DNA from: an uncultured Gammaproteobacteria bacterium
Lineage (GTDB): Bacteria; Patescibacteriota; Patescibacteriia; Magasanikbacterales; UBA922
DNA length: 63,205 nucleotides
Reading direction: 5' to 3'
Assembly: GCA_964612105.1 (NCBI GenBank)
Contig: CAZTEU010000004.1
Coordinates: forward strand, 60,897-124,101
A program made the translations under genes and the position numbers. The notes beneath the pieces were generated by a model. It was not told the DNA's origin. It saw only the letters and a program-made list of their open reading frames with translations, and ran no database searches. Shown one piece after another: positions 17,853 to 27,436 of the stretch. Positions within the stretch are counted from its first letter, which is position 1. Every line of letters begins with the position of its first letter.

Positions 17853-18329
17853 TTAATCAAGTTTTTTGAAATTAAGCCAAGTCCCGCTTGCCGACTTTTC
17901 ATCTTCAGGGAGAAGGCCAACAAGAGCCTCTGTAAGACTATTGTTTTCATGGCCTGCTCTGAACAGAGCCCTTTCATCATCAATTCTCTCACCCTCTCTG
18001 AAGACAGACCCCTCATGTAAATCTGCAGCCATTTGACGTAGAACACTATGTTGATGAGCCAGAACAATTTGTTTTGCAATGAGCTTCATATAAGATTCGT
18101 CTGCTTCTTCAATGGCATCGCCATAAGGGTCAGACTCTCTACTGGGAAGATGTTCTTTCCCGAGTTCACGAACCTCAGCAAGAACATCATCAAATGTCGG
18201 AACTTTATCTTGGTAAGCACGGTCAAGTTCCTCAAAATCAAGTCGATTATCCATCTCTGATTCTTGGTTAGAGGTATCGCTCTCAATATCTTTTTTGGGT
18301 ACTTTCCTCCCCATTCCTTCATTATTCAT
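17853..18329 (-). CDS. Acidic hypothetical protein, copy 2
   Basis: Identical to 16948..17424. Confidence 0.6.
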   Translation of the reverse strand: MNNEGMGRKVPKKDIESDTSNQESEMDNRLDFEELDRAYQDKVPTFDDVLAEVRELGKEHLPSRESDPYGDAIEEADESYMKLIAKQIVLAHQHSVLRQMAADLHEGSVFREGERIDDERALFRAGHENNSLTEALVGLLPEDEKSASGTWLNFKKLD

Positions 18330-18553
18330 AATGAAATAATATAATTTATTAATAATATATTAACTATACACTAATTAATCCAAAGTTTCAAGACCTTTTG
18401 AATGCTGACCAATTCCTGTGGTAATTAATCAGACGTGTGGCTGACATTTCTTGTTCAGTTCTAATCTCCTCACACCATTCCAGTCGCCAGCACCCAAGGT
18501 TAGAACCAAAAACACTGCTAGATTTAGCAGTGTTTTAAGGGTTTTGGAAAATG

Positions 18554-18625
18554 AGCGGACGACCGGAATCGAACCGGCATCATCGGCTTGGAAGGCCGAG
18601 ATAATAACCATTATACGACGTCCGC
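18554..18625 (-). tRNA. tRNA-Gly(TCC)
   Basis: Acceptor GCGGACG/CGTCCGC, anticodon loop CTTCCAA, T-loop TTCGATT. Confidence 0.95.
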
Positions 18626-18743
18626 GTGTATATAGGCTGGATTATTATAGTTAACTTACTGGTTTTTGTCAATAATGTGTTTAGTTTTGTAACTTGCCAA
18701 AAACTAAGTATTCTGCTAAAGTTAGTGAATACTATAATATAAT

Positions 18744-19475
18744 ATGATGAATAAAAAGATATTTGTTTTACAGTTTCGTACAGATCAGTCGGAGGCACAT
18801 GACCAGCTTTGCCTTAACCAAGCTCTAGAGGGAATGAATGTATCTTTCGTGTACTTCAATCCCACAAGGAATGAAATGCCAGAAAATCTGGATAATGCAG
18901 ACGCGTTAATACTTAGTGGGTCTGGAGAGTTTTTTGTAGGTAAGGAGCCAGGAAAAGATACTTGGATGCCACGTGTACTAGAATTAATGGATGAGGCCTT
19001 AGAAAAAGATGTTCCAATGTTAGGGCTATGCTTTGGTTCTCAGCTGTTAGCTAAGCATCAAGGAGCAAACATTACAGACGATAAGAAGCACATGGAGCTG
19101 GGAACTTTTGAAATTACAATGAACGAGAAAGCCAAAGATGATCCAATATTTTCTGCAATGCCAGAAAAATACTATGTGATACTAGGACACAAAGAAACAC
19201 CAATAGATATACCAGACAATTTGGAAATATTAGCAAGCTCAGAAAGAGTGCCTGCACAGGCAATCAGAGTAAAAGGAAAAAAAGCCTGGTCTGTCCTTTT
19301 CCATCCGGAAGTAAACAAGAAGCAGTTGCTAGAACGTTTGGAAATGTATCCAGAATACATGGAAGACCCAAGTAAGATAGATGAGTTTGAGGCTCAGCTG
19401 AATGAGGTTCCTCATGCACAAGAAGTTATATTATCATTTGCAAGATTTGTTATTAGTAATGAAATAAAAAGATAG
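18744..19475 (+). CDS. Class I glutamine amidotransferase-like protein
   Basis: GLCFGSQ and LFHPE. Confidence 0.85.
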   Translation: MMNKKIFVLQFRTDQSEAHDQLCLNQALEGMNVSFVYFNPTRNEMPENLDNADALILSGSGEFFVGKEPGKDTWMPRVLELMDEALEKDVPMLGLCFGSQLLAKHQGANITDDKKHMELGTFEITMNEKAKDDPIFSAMPEKYYVILGHKETPIDIPDNLEILASSERVPAQAIRVKGKKAWSVLFHPEVNKKQLLERLEMYPEYMEDPSKIDEFEAQLNEVPHAQEVILSFARFVISNEIKR

Positions 19476-19476
19476 T

Positions 19477-20040
19477 ATGGGAGATACAACAGATATTAAG
19501 AAAGGTGTTGCAATTAATCACAACAATGATATATATGTTGTGACAGATTTCCAGTTTACAAACCCTGGGAAAGGTGCAGCATTTACAAAAGTAAAAATGA
19601 AAAGTGTTGCTACTGGGAAAAGCATAGAAATAACGTATAAGAGTGGGGAATCTGTAAACACGGTTTATGTGAACAAACAAACAATGCAATATCTTTACGA
19701 AAGCAATAGTTTGTACTCCTTCATGAACAAAGAGACATACGAGACCATTGAGGCAAATGCAAGTGTTATCGGAGAAGACTCAAAATACCTCAAAGAAGGT
19801 TTAGATGTAATTGCTGTTGTTTATGAGGGTAATATAATTGCTATTGAGCTTCCAAAAAAAGTACAGTACAAAGTTGTGCAGGCAGAACCGGCGGTTAAGG
19901 GAGATACAGCTAGTGGTAATGTTACAAAAGATGTTACATTAGACAATGGAATGCACGTACAGGTACCTATATTTATAAAAGAAGGGGAAGAGGTTACTGT
20001 AAACACAGAAACTGGAGACTATGGTGGAAGGGTAAGTTAG
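19477..20040 (+). CDS. efp: Elongation factor P
   Basis: NPGKGAAF loop, AVKGDTA, VQVPIFIKEGE. Confidence 0.97.
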   Translation: MGDTTDIKKGVAINHNNDIYVVTDFQFTNPGKGAAFTKVKMKSVATGKSIEITYKSGESVNTVYVNKQTMQYLYESNSLYSFMNKETYETIEANASVIGEDSKYLKEGLDVIAVVYEGNIIAIELPKKVQYKVVQAEPAVKGDTASGNVTKDVTLDNGMHVQVPIFIKEGEEVTVNTETGDYGGRVS

Positions 20041-20107
20041 CAGGTAGTTAAAATTAATAGAGAAAACCGCCAATATGGCGGTTTTTTAATAGTAAACATT
20101 AGCTTTA

Positions 20108-22030
20108 TCACTTACTCATCATTTTCTTTGCATTTTTTACAATTCCACTGCTGTCTATGCCTGCTTCTTTATATAGGTCCTGCCATGTTCCAGAAAGTGC
20201 GTATTCTTCTACACCAAGATTTACAAACTTATCTACCACAATATTATTCTGAGTCAAATAACTTGCAAGTTGATTGCCTAGTCCAGACTGTACACAATGG
20301 TCTTGCACCACCAAGACTTTTTTTGTTTTCTTGATAGAGTTAATAAGTGTGTTATCGAATTTCTTTATTGAGCTTACCACAACTATCTCTGCATCAATTC
20401 CTTTGTCAGTTAATATATCTCTCGCTTTTACTGCCTCTGATGTAACACTACCCGCTGTTACAATAGTTATGTGTTTTCCTTTTCTCAATAAATCACATTT
20501 TCCATACTCATACTTATAACTTGCTCCGTAGAAAGGTTTTCCATTTGGTTTTGTAAGTACAGGCACCTTATGTCTGCCCATGCGTACATAGAAGTTTCCA
20601 AAGTGGTTTGCTATGTAGCGTATAATCCTATCGCAATGATTTGGGTCAGCAGGTTCTACAACCATCGTGTTTAATAGTCCTAGCACAGAACCAAGGTCGT
20701 CTATTGCTTGGTGTGTTGGTCCGTCTTCTCCTACAGATAATCCACAATGAGTTGCAACCATTTTTACATTTGTCTGGTTAATGTCATTTACTCTTGCTTG
20801 GTCTTTTGCACGACTTGTCATGAAAGCTCCAAAAGTAGAGCAGAATGGCACAAAACCGCTTAGGCTTAGTCCTCCAGAACAAGAAACCATTTGTTGCTCT
20901 GCAATTCCACACTCTATATGTCTTTCTGGAAACTCTTTCTTAATATACGTTGTCTTTACAGACACATCTACGTCTGCAGTAAGAGCCAAGATATTTTTGT
21001 TTTTCTTCGCTAAGTCTAACAGCGCCTTTCCATATGCTGTCCTACAGTCCGTGACCTCATCTGCAGGATAAAATTTTGCTCTGCCTGTCTTAATTCCTGT
21101 GTTAGCGAGAGGTTTTGGAAAACTTGGCTTATCTGGTCTCCACTTTATCTCTTTTTTAAACGCACCAATAAGAACATCTTCTTCTTTTGTTAGTTTGAGT
21201 TGTCTAACAGCATCTTTTGCCTGCTCTTCTTTGGTTGTCTTCCCGTGCCATGTCGCCCTGTGGTGCTCTCCTTCTTTTTGCATGAAGTCTACACCTTGCC
21301 CCATTGTGGTATGACCAAGCAAAAGGGTTGGTTTGTGCTTTACCTTACTTGCTAGACTTAATGCTAACCACATGTCCTCATAGTCATGTCCGTTTACTTC
21401 TATTACATGCCAACCTCCGGCTGTGAACCAAGCTTTTGGATCATATGGCATAACCTTTTTTATGGAATCGCTCAGCTGAACCTCATTATAGTCCATGAAA
21501 GTTATAAAATTATTGAGCTTGTACTTATGTGCAAAGTTCATCATTTCGTATACCTGCCCCTCTTGTGATTCACCATCTCCAATAACAGCAAACACGTGCT
21601 TTTTGCTGTTCTTTAGTTTTTCTGCGAGAGCAAAGCCTGTGCCAGCAGAAACTCCGGCACCCAGTGGACCTGTTCCATACCAGACACCAGGAACTTGGCG
21701 AGTTACATGACCTTCATATTTATATCCAGCTTTACGAAACCCTTTTATTACATCTTTCTTTGGAATATATCCAAGCTCTGCAAGAACACTATATACAGCA
21801 GGGGATATGTGTCCGATAGAAATAACAGATGTCTCTCCGGTTTGGCTTATGATAAATGAGTAGATAAGTGATAAGTAGTCTATTGAGGAAAGAGAGCCAC
21901 CAGGATGTCCACTTCCTGCAGTTGTTGTCATTTGTATTATAGAACTACGACAACTCTTCGCAAAAGCAGACAAAAAGGCCTTTTGGTCTTTGTTTAGTTT
22001 TGTACCTAGTTTTGGAACGGAGAAACTCAT
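20108..22030 (-). CDS. tkt: Transketolase
   Basis: GSGHPGGSLS, GDGESQEG TPP motif, GEDGPTHQ. Confidence 0.93.
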   Translation of the reverse strand: MSFSVPKLGTKLNKDQKAFLSAFAKSCRSSIIQMTTTAGSGHPGGSLSSIDYLSLIYSFIISQTGETSVISIGHISPAVYSVLAELGYIPKKDVIKGFRKAGYKYEGHVTRQVPGVWYGTGPLGAGVSAGTGFALAEKLKNSKKHVFAVIGDGESQEGQVYEMMNFAHKYKLNNFITFMDYNEVQLSDSIKKVMPYDPKAWFTAGGWHVIEVNGHDYEDMWLALSLASKVKHKPTLLLGHTTMGQGVDFMQKEGEHHRATWHGKTTKEEQAKDAVRQLKLTKEEDVLIGAFKKEIKWRPDKPSFPKPLANTGIKTGRAKFYPADEVTDCRTAYGKALLDLAKKNKNILALTADVDVSVKTTYIKKEFPERHIECGIAEQQMVSCSGGLSLSGFVPFCSTFGAFMTSRAKDQARVNDINQTNVKMVATHCGLSVGEDGPTHQAIDDLGSVLGLLNTMVVEPADPNHCDRIIRYIANHFGNFYVRMGRHKVPVLTKPNGKPFYGASYKYEYGKCDLLRKGKHITIVTAGSVTSEAVKARDILTDKGIDAEIVVVSSIKKFDNTLINSIKKTKKVLVVQDHCVQSGLGNQLASYLTQNNIVVDKFVNLGVEEYALSGTWQDLYKEAGIDSSGIVKNAKKMMSK

Positions 22031-22323
22031 AAGTTTTTTATATAAAACATGATCAGAATTATTTGGATAGCTAATATAACAGACATTCCTGCTTGGAAGG
22101 ATATTTTTCTTGTTTTATGCCTAAAGAATTTCATAGCTACTATTGCACCAATGGAACCACCAATTGCAGATAATACCCAAAGAGAGGTTTCTGAAACCCG
22201 TCTAGACTGAATCTTAGCTTTTATTTTATCAATACCAAAATAAAAAAATGTAACAACATTAATCAGTACAAAATATGACAGCATAAGCTGATGAAGAAAG
22301 TCTAGAGAAAGGAACCACCTCAT
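22027..22323 (-). CDS. DUF1294 family membrane protein
   Basis: DKIKA...RVSE..L...GGSIGA..AMKFFRHKT. Confidence 0.85.
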   Translation of the reverse strand: MRWFLSLDFLHQLMLSYFVLINVVTFFYFGIDKIKAKIQSRRVSETSLWVLSAIGGSIGAIVAMKFFRHKTRKISFQAGMSVILAIQIILIMFYIKNL

Positions 22324-22324
22324 G

Positions 22325-22900
22325 TTATTTGTTTATAGACTCATTATAATGATATTTTCTGTCCTCGTGAGCAAGTCTAATTAAAGCCTCTCTTATTTTA
22401 TTTGGGGCAGAAACATCGTGAGCAATAATATTTACGTTTACAGAAGCTGTCTTTATAGCCACCTTCCCGTAGTTGAAAAACGTAGCCACAACTCCCTGCA
22501 CATCACTTGTAACGTCTTGTATGCGGAACAGGTCTACCTCAGAAACAGATCTGGAAAACAGCCCCAGTTGCTCTACGTCTATAATACGATCATTTGTAAT
22601 AATCCACACATCTAGATAGAACTCAATAAATTGAGCAAAGAAAAACAGATAAACACTTAGTAGATACACGCTAGTAAACATTACAGCTAATGGGTAGATA
22701 ACAGGACCATCAAAGATAAGCGGATACATGTTTGTGAGGAGTAAATACAGTATTGCAGGAATGCAGAGTAGCACTAAAAACAAGATTATTTTTGGAATAA
22801 AAGTAATAGGATGACGACGTAGGACATGTTCTATTTTTTCATATGACTTTTGTCGAATAAGCTCATCTATTTTCATACTAGAAAGTGCTACTGTTACCAA
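22325..22900 (-). CDS. Membrane protein with bacterial PH domain
   Basis: Two TM segments then WIITNDRIID...IQDV...FNYG; start uncertain. Confidence 0.75.
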   Translation of the reverse strand: MVTVALSSMKIDELIRQKSYEKIEHVLRRHPITFIPKIILFLVLLCIPAILYLLLTNMYPLIFDGPVIYPLAVMFTSVYLLSVYLFFFAQFIEFYLDVWIITNDRIIDVEQLGLFSRSVSEVDLFRIQDVTSDVQGVVATFFNYGKVAIKTASVNVNIIAHDVSAPNKIREALIRLAHEDRKYHYNESINK

Positions 22901-23150
22901 ATATCCCAGGTAGCCAGTCTGCGCTAAAAAGTGTTACAGGCTGTGTCCACCCTAAACCAACCAATAGTTGGAAAGTAAAATAAAGAGTATATATGGTAAG
23001 TACCATTATAAAGAGTGTCATTGTAAAACTTGCTAGTGTAAAACTTGCTGTAGCAAAGATGTGATATATGTGTACGAAAGAAAAAACAAGAAACACACAC
23101 AAAAAAGCGAGATACAGAAACAGGAATACGTAAAGTGGAATTGTGATCAT
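22878..23150 (-). CDS. Small membrane protein
   Basis: Two hydrophobic helices; in the ruvB operon. Confidence 0.6.
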   Translation of the reverse strand: MITIPLYVFLFLYLAFLCVFLVFSFVHIYHIFATASFTLASFTMTLFIMVLTIYTLYFTFQLLVGLGWTQPVTLFSADWLPGIFGNSSTF

Positions 23151-24175
23151 AGCAGGTTTGATTGTGTGGAATTGCTCATGTGCTCGTGTGCAAGAGGTGT
23201 CACTTTTCTTCCGCGAGGTGTTCGTTCCAACATTCCTATCTGTAGAAGATATGGTTCGTAGATAGTTTCTATTGTGTCTACATCCTCAGCAACAGATGCT
23301 GCTAAAGTTCCAAGCCCCACAGGACCTCCCCCAAACTTACTTACAATAGTTTCTAATATCTTACGATCCACGGAATCTAGCCCGTGCTTGTCTATATTAA
23401 GCAACTCTAGTGCACTGTTTGCAATGTCTCCTGTAATTATACCATTGTGACGCACCTGAGCATAATCACGAACCCTCCTAAGCAGACGATTTGCTACGCG
23501 AGGGGTTCTTCTTGCACGACCTGCTAACATCTGAGATGCTTTTTCGTCTATCTCTACATCTAATAATGAGGCGTTTCTACGAAGAATTTTATCAATATCT
23601 AGAGGTTCGTAAAAATTGAGATGGTATACATGCCCAAACCTGTCACGAAGAGGGCTGGACAATAGGTTTAGTTTAGTTGTAGCGCCAATAAGAGTAAATC
23701 TTTCAAGGGGCATACGTAGAGTTCTGGCAGTAGGCCCTTTACCGACAATTATATCCAGTACATAGTCCTCCATCGACGAATATAATACTTCCTCTATGGC
23801 CTTACTCATTCTATGTATCTCATCTATAAAAAGCACGTCTCCTTCAGATAAGTTAGATAGGATAGCTGCTAAATCTCCCACTCTCTCCAAAGCTGGACCA
23901 GCTGTAACTCTCAGATTAACATTCATTTCTTTTGCAATAATAGAAGCCAAAGTAGTCTTTCCTAATCCTGGATTTCCGTACAGCAAAATATGCTCAATTG
24001 CTTCATCACGACCCTTTGCTGCTTCAATGGAGATGCCAAGAGGCTCTTTTATGTGGAGCTGTCCAACAAACTCACCCAAGGTCTTTGGTCTGAGGGTAGC
24101 CTCAATCTGAGACTCATCTGGTTCTGAGCTGTCTGAAGGCATTCCACTAACAATTCTTGATTCTTCTGTATCCAT
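23147..24175 (-). CDS. ruvB: Holliday junction branch migration helicase RuvB
   Basis: [15 protein letters not shown] Walker A, FIDEIHR, RTPRGR. Confidence 0.97.
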   Translation of the reverse strand: MDTEESRIVSGMPSDSSEPDESQIEATLRPKTLGEFVGQLHIKEPLGISIEAAKGRDEAIEHILLYGNPGLGKTTLASIIAKEMNVNLRVTAGPALERVGDLAAILSNLSEGDVLFIDEIHRMSKAIEEVLYSSMEDYVLDIIVGKGPTARTLRMPLERFTLIGATTKLNLLSSPLRDRFGHVYHLNFYEPLDIDKILRRNASLLDVEIDEKASQMLAGRARRTPRVANRLLRRVRDYAQVRHNGIITGDIANSALELLNIDKHGLDSVDRKILETIVSKFGGGPVGLGTLAASVAEDVDTIETIYEPYLLQIGMLERTPRGRKVTPLAHEHMSNSTQSNLL

Positions 24176-24388
24176 AGTACGTGTATTGTACGGTGTTGTT
24201 CCATTAAAATCAAACAATCAGGCAAAGTTTGCGACCTTTTGATTATTTATGAAGAATAATTGTGTGGATAACTTTTGGGAACAAAACCAAAGAGGCGATT
24301 TAATGGCTAATCTTAGAAAAATTTAATGCGTCGCACAACAATTTGGTGACTTGAAATAAAATATGGTATAATCCTTTTACCCTCAAAA

Positions 24389-24436
24389 ACACAATATATA
24401 GTGGTTGAAAACCATTTGAATACGCATATATAGTAA
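24389..24436. promoter_or_regulatory. Tandem NrdR boxes
   Basis: ACACAATATATAGTGG (24389) and TACGCATATATAGTAA (24421), 32 bp apart, upstream of nrdA. Confidence 0.75.
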
Positions 24437-24516
24437 ATCTGGCCTGTCACAATTCATCTATTACGTTAGTAATAGATATTTTTTCCCCAAAATAACAATT
24501 TATTATTTATTAATTA

Positions 24517-27432
24517 ATGCTTGTCATTATGTCAAAATCCTCTATTCCAAATATTAAAAAAAGAAGCGGTGAAATCGTTGAGTTTGAGGTTGAGAAAATT
24601 AAAAGAGCCGTTGCTGGTGCCGTTTCTGAAATAATGGGAAACGAGGACAATAAACTAATTGATAATGTTTGTGATGATATCATTTCTAAACTGGAAAGAC
24701 GCTTTGAAGGAAAAGTACCTTCAGTGGAAGATGTACAAAACATTACAGAAATGTCACTTATGGCAATAGGTCAGTTTGCTGTAGCGAAGGCTTACATTAT
24801 TTACAGGTACGAACACCAGAAACAGCGACAGGTCAAGAAGAGAGAAGCCCAAGAAAAAATAGAAGAAGGTGGTCTGCGAGTGATAAAAAGATCTGGCGAA
24901 ACAGAAATATTTTCAGTTGATAAACTAAAGAAGAGTATTAATTTCTACGCTGTCGGATATGAAGACATTGTAGACGTATCAATTGTAGCTAACCAGGTTC
25001 GTTCTGAAATTTACGAGGATATTAAAACTAGTGATATTGAGAGAGCAATAATAATGGTTCTGCGCTCTTGGATTGAACAAGACCCAGCATATTCATTTGT
25101 TGCTGCAAGAGCTTTGCTAATTAGGAATTATAAAGATGTCATAGGATATGACAGAATTGATTTTGATAATTTAGAAAGACAGTTAAAAAATGCTTTTGTA
25201 ACAAACATAACAAAAGGTGTTTCTGCAGGAAAACTAGATCCACGGATGTTGGCTTTTGATATGAATGATTTGGTTGCCGAAATGGACTTTTCCAGAGACA
25301 AGAGTCATACATACTTGAGTGCACAAACATTGGTTGATAGATATTTCTTGCGCAACCCAGAAACCAAAGAGGTTTTAGAAACTCCACAGGCATTTTGGAT
25401 GCGTGTTGCAATGGGTCTTTCAATAAATGAGTCAGATCGGAACGCAAAAGCAAAAGAATTCTATGGAGTAATGAGTCAACTGTTGTTTGTTCCTTCAACC
25501 CCTACACTATTTCACTCTGGAACAAGCCACTCTCAACTCAGCTCTTGCTATCTTACAACTATCGAAGATTCTCTCACTCATATATTCAAGAGTATTTCAG
25601 ATAATGCACAGCTTTCAAAGTGGAGCGGTGGGATTGGTAATGATTGGACAAGCCTAAGAGGAATTGGAGCCTTAATTAAGGGAACTGGTGTGGCTAGTCA
25701 AGGAGTTATTCCTTTCCTAAAGATTGCAAATGATACCACAGCTGCCATTAACCGTAGTGGAAGACGTAGGGGTGCAACCTGCGCGTATCTGGAAACATGG
25801 CACTGGGATATTGAGGACTTCTTGGAGCTAAGAAAAAATACAGGAGACGAACGTCGTAGGACACATGACATGAATACATCAAACTGGATTCCTGATTTGT
25901 TTATGCAACGCGTTAAGGAAGATGGAATGTGGAGCCTGTTCTCTCCAGATGAAACCCCAGACTTGCACCATGCATACGGTAAGGAGTTTGAAAAGTTGTA
26001 CACTCAATATGAGCAAAAAGGTAAGATGGGCGAGATGTCACTTTATAAGGAAATAAAAGCGAAGGATTTGTGGAAAAAAATGCTAACGATGTTGTATGAG
26101 ACGGGACATCCTTGGATAACCTTTAAAGATCCTTGCAATCTTCGTTCACCTCAAGATCATGTTGGTGTTGTACATAGTTCAAATCTTTGTACAGAAATAA
26201 CACTCAACACATCTTCAGATGAGACAGCAGTGTGTAACTTAGGGTCAATAAATCTTGAGAAGCATGTGGCAGAAGGAAAATTAGACGAAATATTGGTGGC
26301 TAAAACAGTAAAAACTGGAATGAGGATGTTGGACAATGTAATAGATATTAATTTTTATCCAACACAAGAAGCTAAGGCATCCAACATGCGTCATCGTCCG
26401 GTAGGGTTTGGAATTATGGGATTCCAAAACGCACTATACAAAATGGGAATTAATTTCGATAGCGAGGCATCAGTAGAGTTTGCAGACTACTCGCAAGAGG
26501 TCGTGTCATATCATGCAATATCAGCTTCCGCAGATTTGGCCAGGGAAAGAGGCGCATACTCCACTTTTAAGGGATCAAAATGGGATAGAGGAATATTTCC
26601 AGTAGATACAATAGGCGTGTTAGAGCAAGAACGTGGTGAAAGCATAGACGTAAACAGAAACACCAAGTTAGACTGGTCACCTGTCCGCAATGCTGTCAGT
26701 CAGTTTGGAATGAGAAACTCAAACACAATGGCAATAGCGCCTACAGCAACAATTTCAAATATCTCAGGAACAACCCCAACGATAGAACCAATCTATAAAA
26801 ACATTTATGTAAAGTCCAATCAGGCAGGAGACTTTACAATTGTAAATCCATATCTTGTAGAAGAGCTAAAGAAGCTTAACCTATGGGACAGCGAAATGTT
26901 AGGTAAACTAAAATATCATGACGGAAGAGTATCAGAAATACAAGAGATACCTCAAGATATAAAAGATAAATATAAAGAAGTTTTCGAGATTGCTCCACGC
27001 TGGTTAATAAAAGTAGCAGCACATCGTGGTAAATGGGTGGACCAGAGTCAGTCCTTAAACATATTCTATTCTGGGCAATCAGGAAAAGAGATTTCAGATA
27101 TATACACATATGCATGGGAAATGGGACTAAAGACAACATACTACATGCGTACTCTAGCTGTGTCTCAAGTGGAAAAGTCTACAGTAAACACAACAGAGTT
27201 TGGTCAGACACATAACAGAAAACAAACAGACACGCCTCAGAAAGAAGAAGGAGGTGCTCCAGCTGTACCAACACCACCAGTTGCAATGACTGTTCCTGCA
27301 CCTGCTGGACCTCTTGCGCCAACGCCACAACCAATAGAAGTAAGAGCCCCAATTGCTCAGGTGCAAAGACCAACCACTCCAGAGGTAAAACTATGTAGAA
27401 TAGAAGATCCAGACTGTGAAGCTTGCCAATAA
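24517..27432 (+). CDS. nrdA: Class I ribonucleotide reductase alpha subunit with two ATP-cones
   Basis: Two cone starts (IKKRSG, VIKRSG); SSCY, SNLCTE, KTTYYMR; C-terminal CEACQ. Confidence 0.96.
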   Translation: MLVIMSKSSIPNIKKRSGEIVEFEVEKIKRAVAGAVSEIMGNEDNKLIDNVCDDIISKLERRFEGKVPSVEDVQNITEMSLMAIGQFAVAKAYIIYRYEHQKQRQVKKREAQEKIEEGGLRVIKRSGETEIFSVDKLKKSINFYAVGYEDIVDVSIVANQVRSEIYEDIKTSDIERAIIMVLRSWIEQDPAYSFVAARALLIRNYKDVIGYDRIDFDNLERQLKNAFVTNITKGVSAGKLDPRMLAFDMNDLVAEMDFSRDKSHTYLSAQTLVDRYFLRNPETKEVLETPQAFWMRVAMGLSINESDRNAKAKEFYGVMSQLLFVPSTPTLFHSGTSHSQLSSCYLTTIEDSLTHIFKSISDNAQLSKWSGGIGNDWTSLRGIGALIKGTGVASQGVIPFLKIANDTTAAINRSGRRRGATCAYLETWHWDIEDFLELRKNTGDERRRTHDMNTSNWIPDLFMQRVKEDGMWSLFSPDETPDLHHAYGKEFEKLYTQYEQKGKMGEMSLYKEIKAKDLWKKMLTMLYETGHPWITFKDPCNLRSPQDHVGVVHSSNLCTEITLNTSSDETAVCNLGSINLEKHVAEGKLDEILVAKTVKTGMRMLDNVIDINFYPTQEAKASNMRHRPVGFGIMGFQNALYKMGINFDSEASVEFADYSQEVVSYHAISASADLARERGAYSTFKGSKWDRGIFPVDTIGVLEQERGESIDVNRNTKLDWSPVRNAVSQFGMRNSNTMAIAPTATISNISGTTPTIEPIYKNIYVKSNQAGDFTIVNPYLVEELKKLNLWDSEMLGKLKYHDGRVSEIQEIPQDIKDKYKEVFEIAPRWLIKVAAHRGKWVDQSQSLNIFYSGQSGKEISDIYTYAWEMGLKTTYYMRTLAVSQVEKSTVNTTEFGQTHNRKQTDTPQKEEGGAPAVPTPPVAMTVPAPAGPLAPTPQPIEVRAPIAQVQRPTTPEVKLCRIEDPDCEACQ

Positions 27433-27436
27433 TCTT

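Larger units (their letters stand above)
16682..18538. repeat. Exact tandem duplication, period 905 bp
   Basis: 16682-17633 matches 17587-18538; the ORF track repeats identically. Confidence 0.95.

Noticed and set aside
27240-27400. Pro/Ala-rich stretch in NrdA as an insertion or intein
   Set aside because: Ordinary flexible linker before the C-terminal CxxC; no intein motifs
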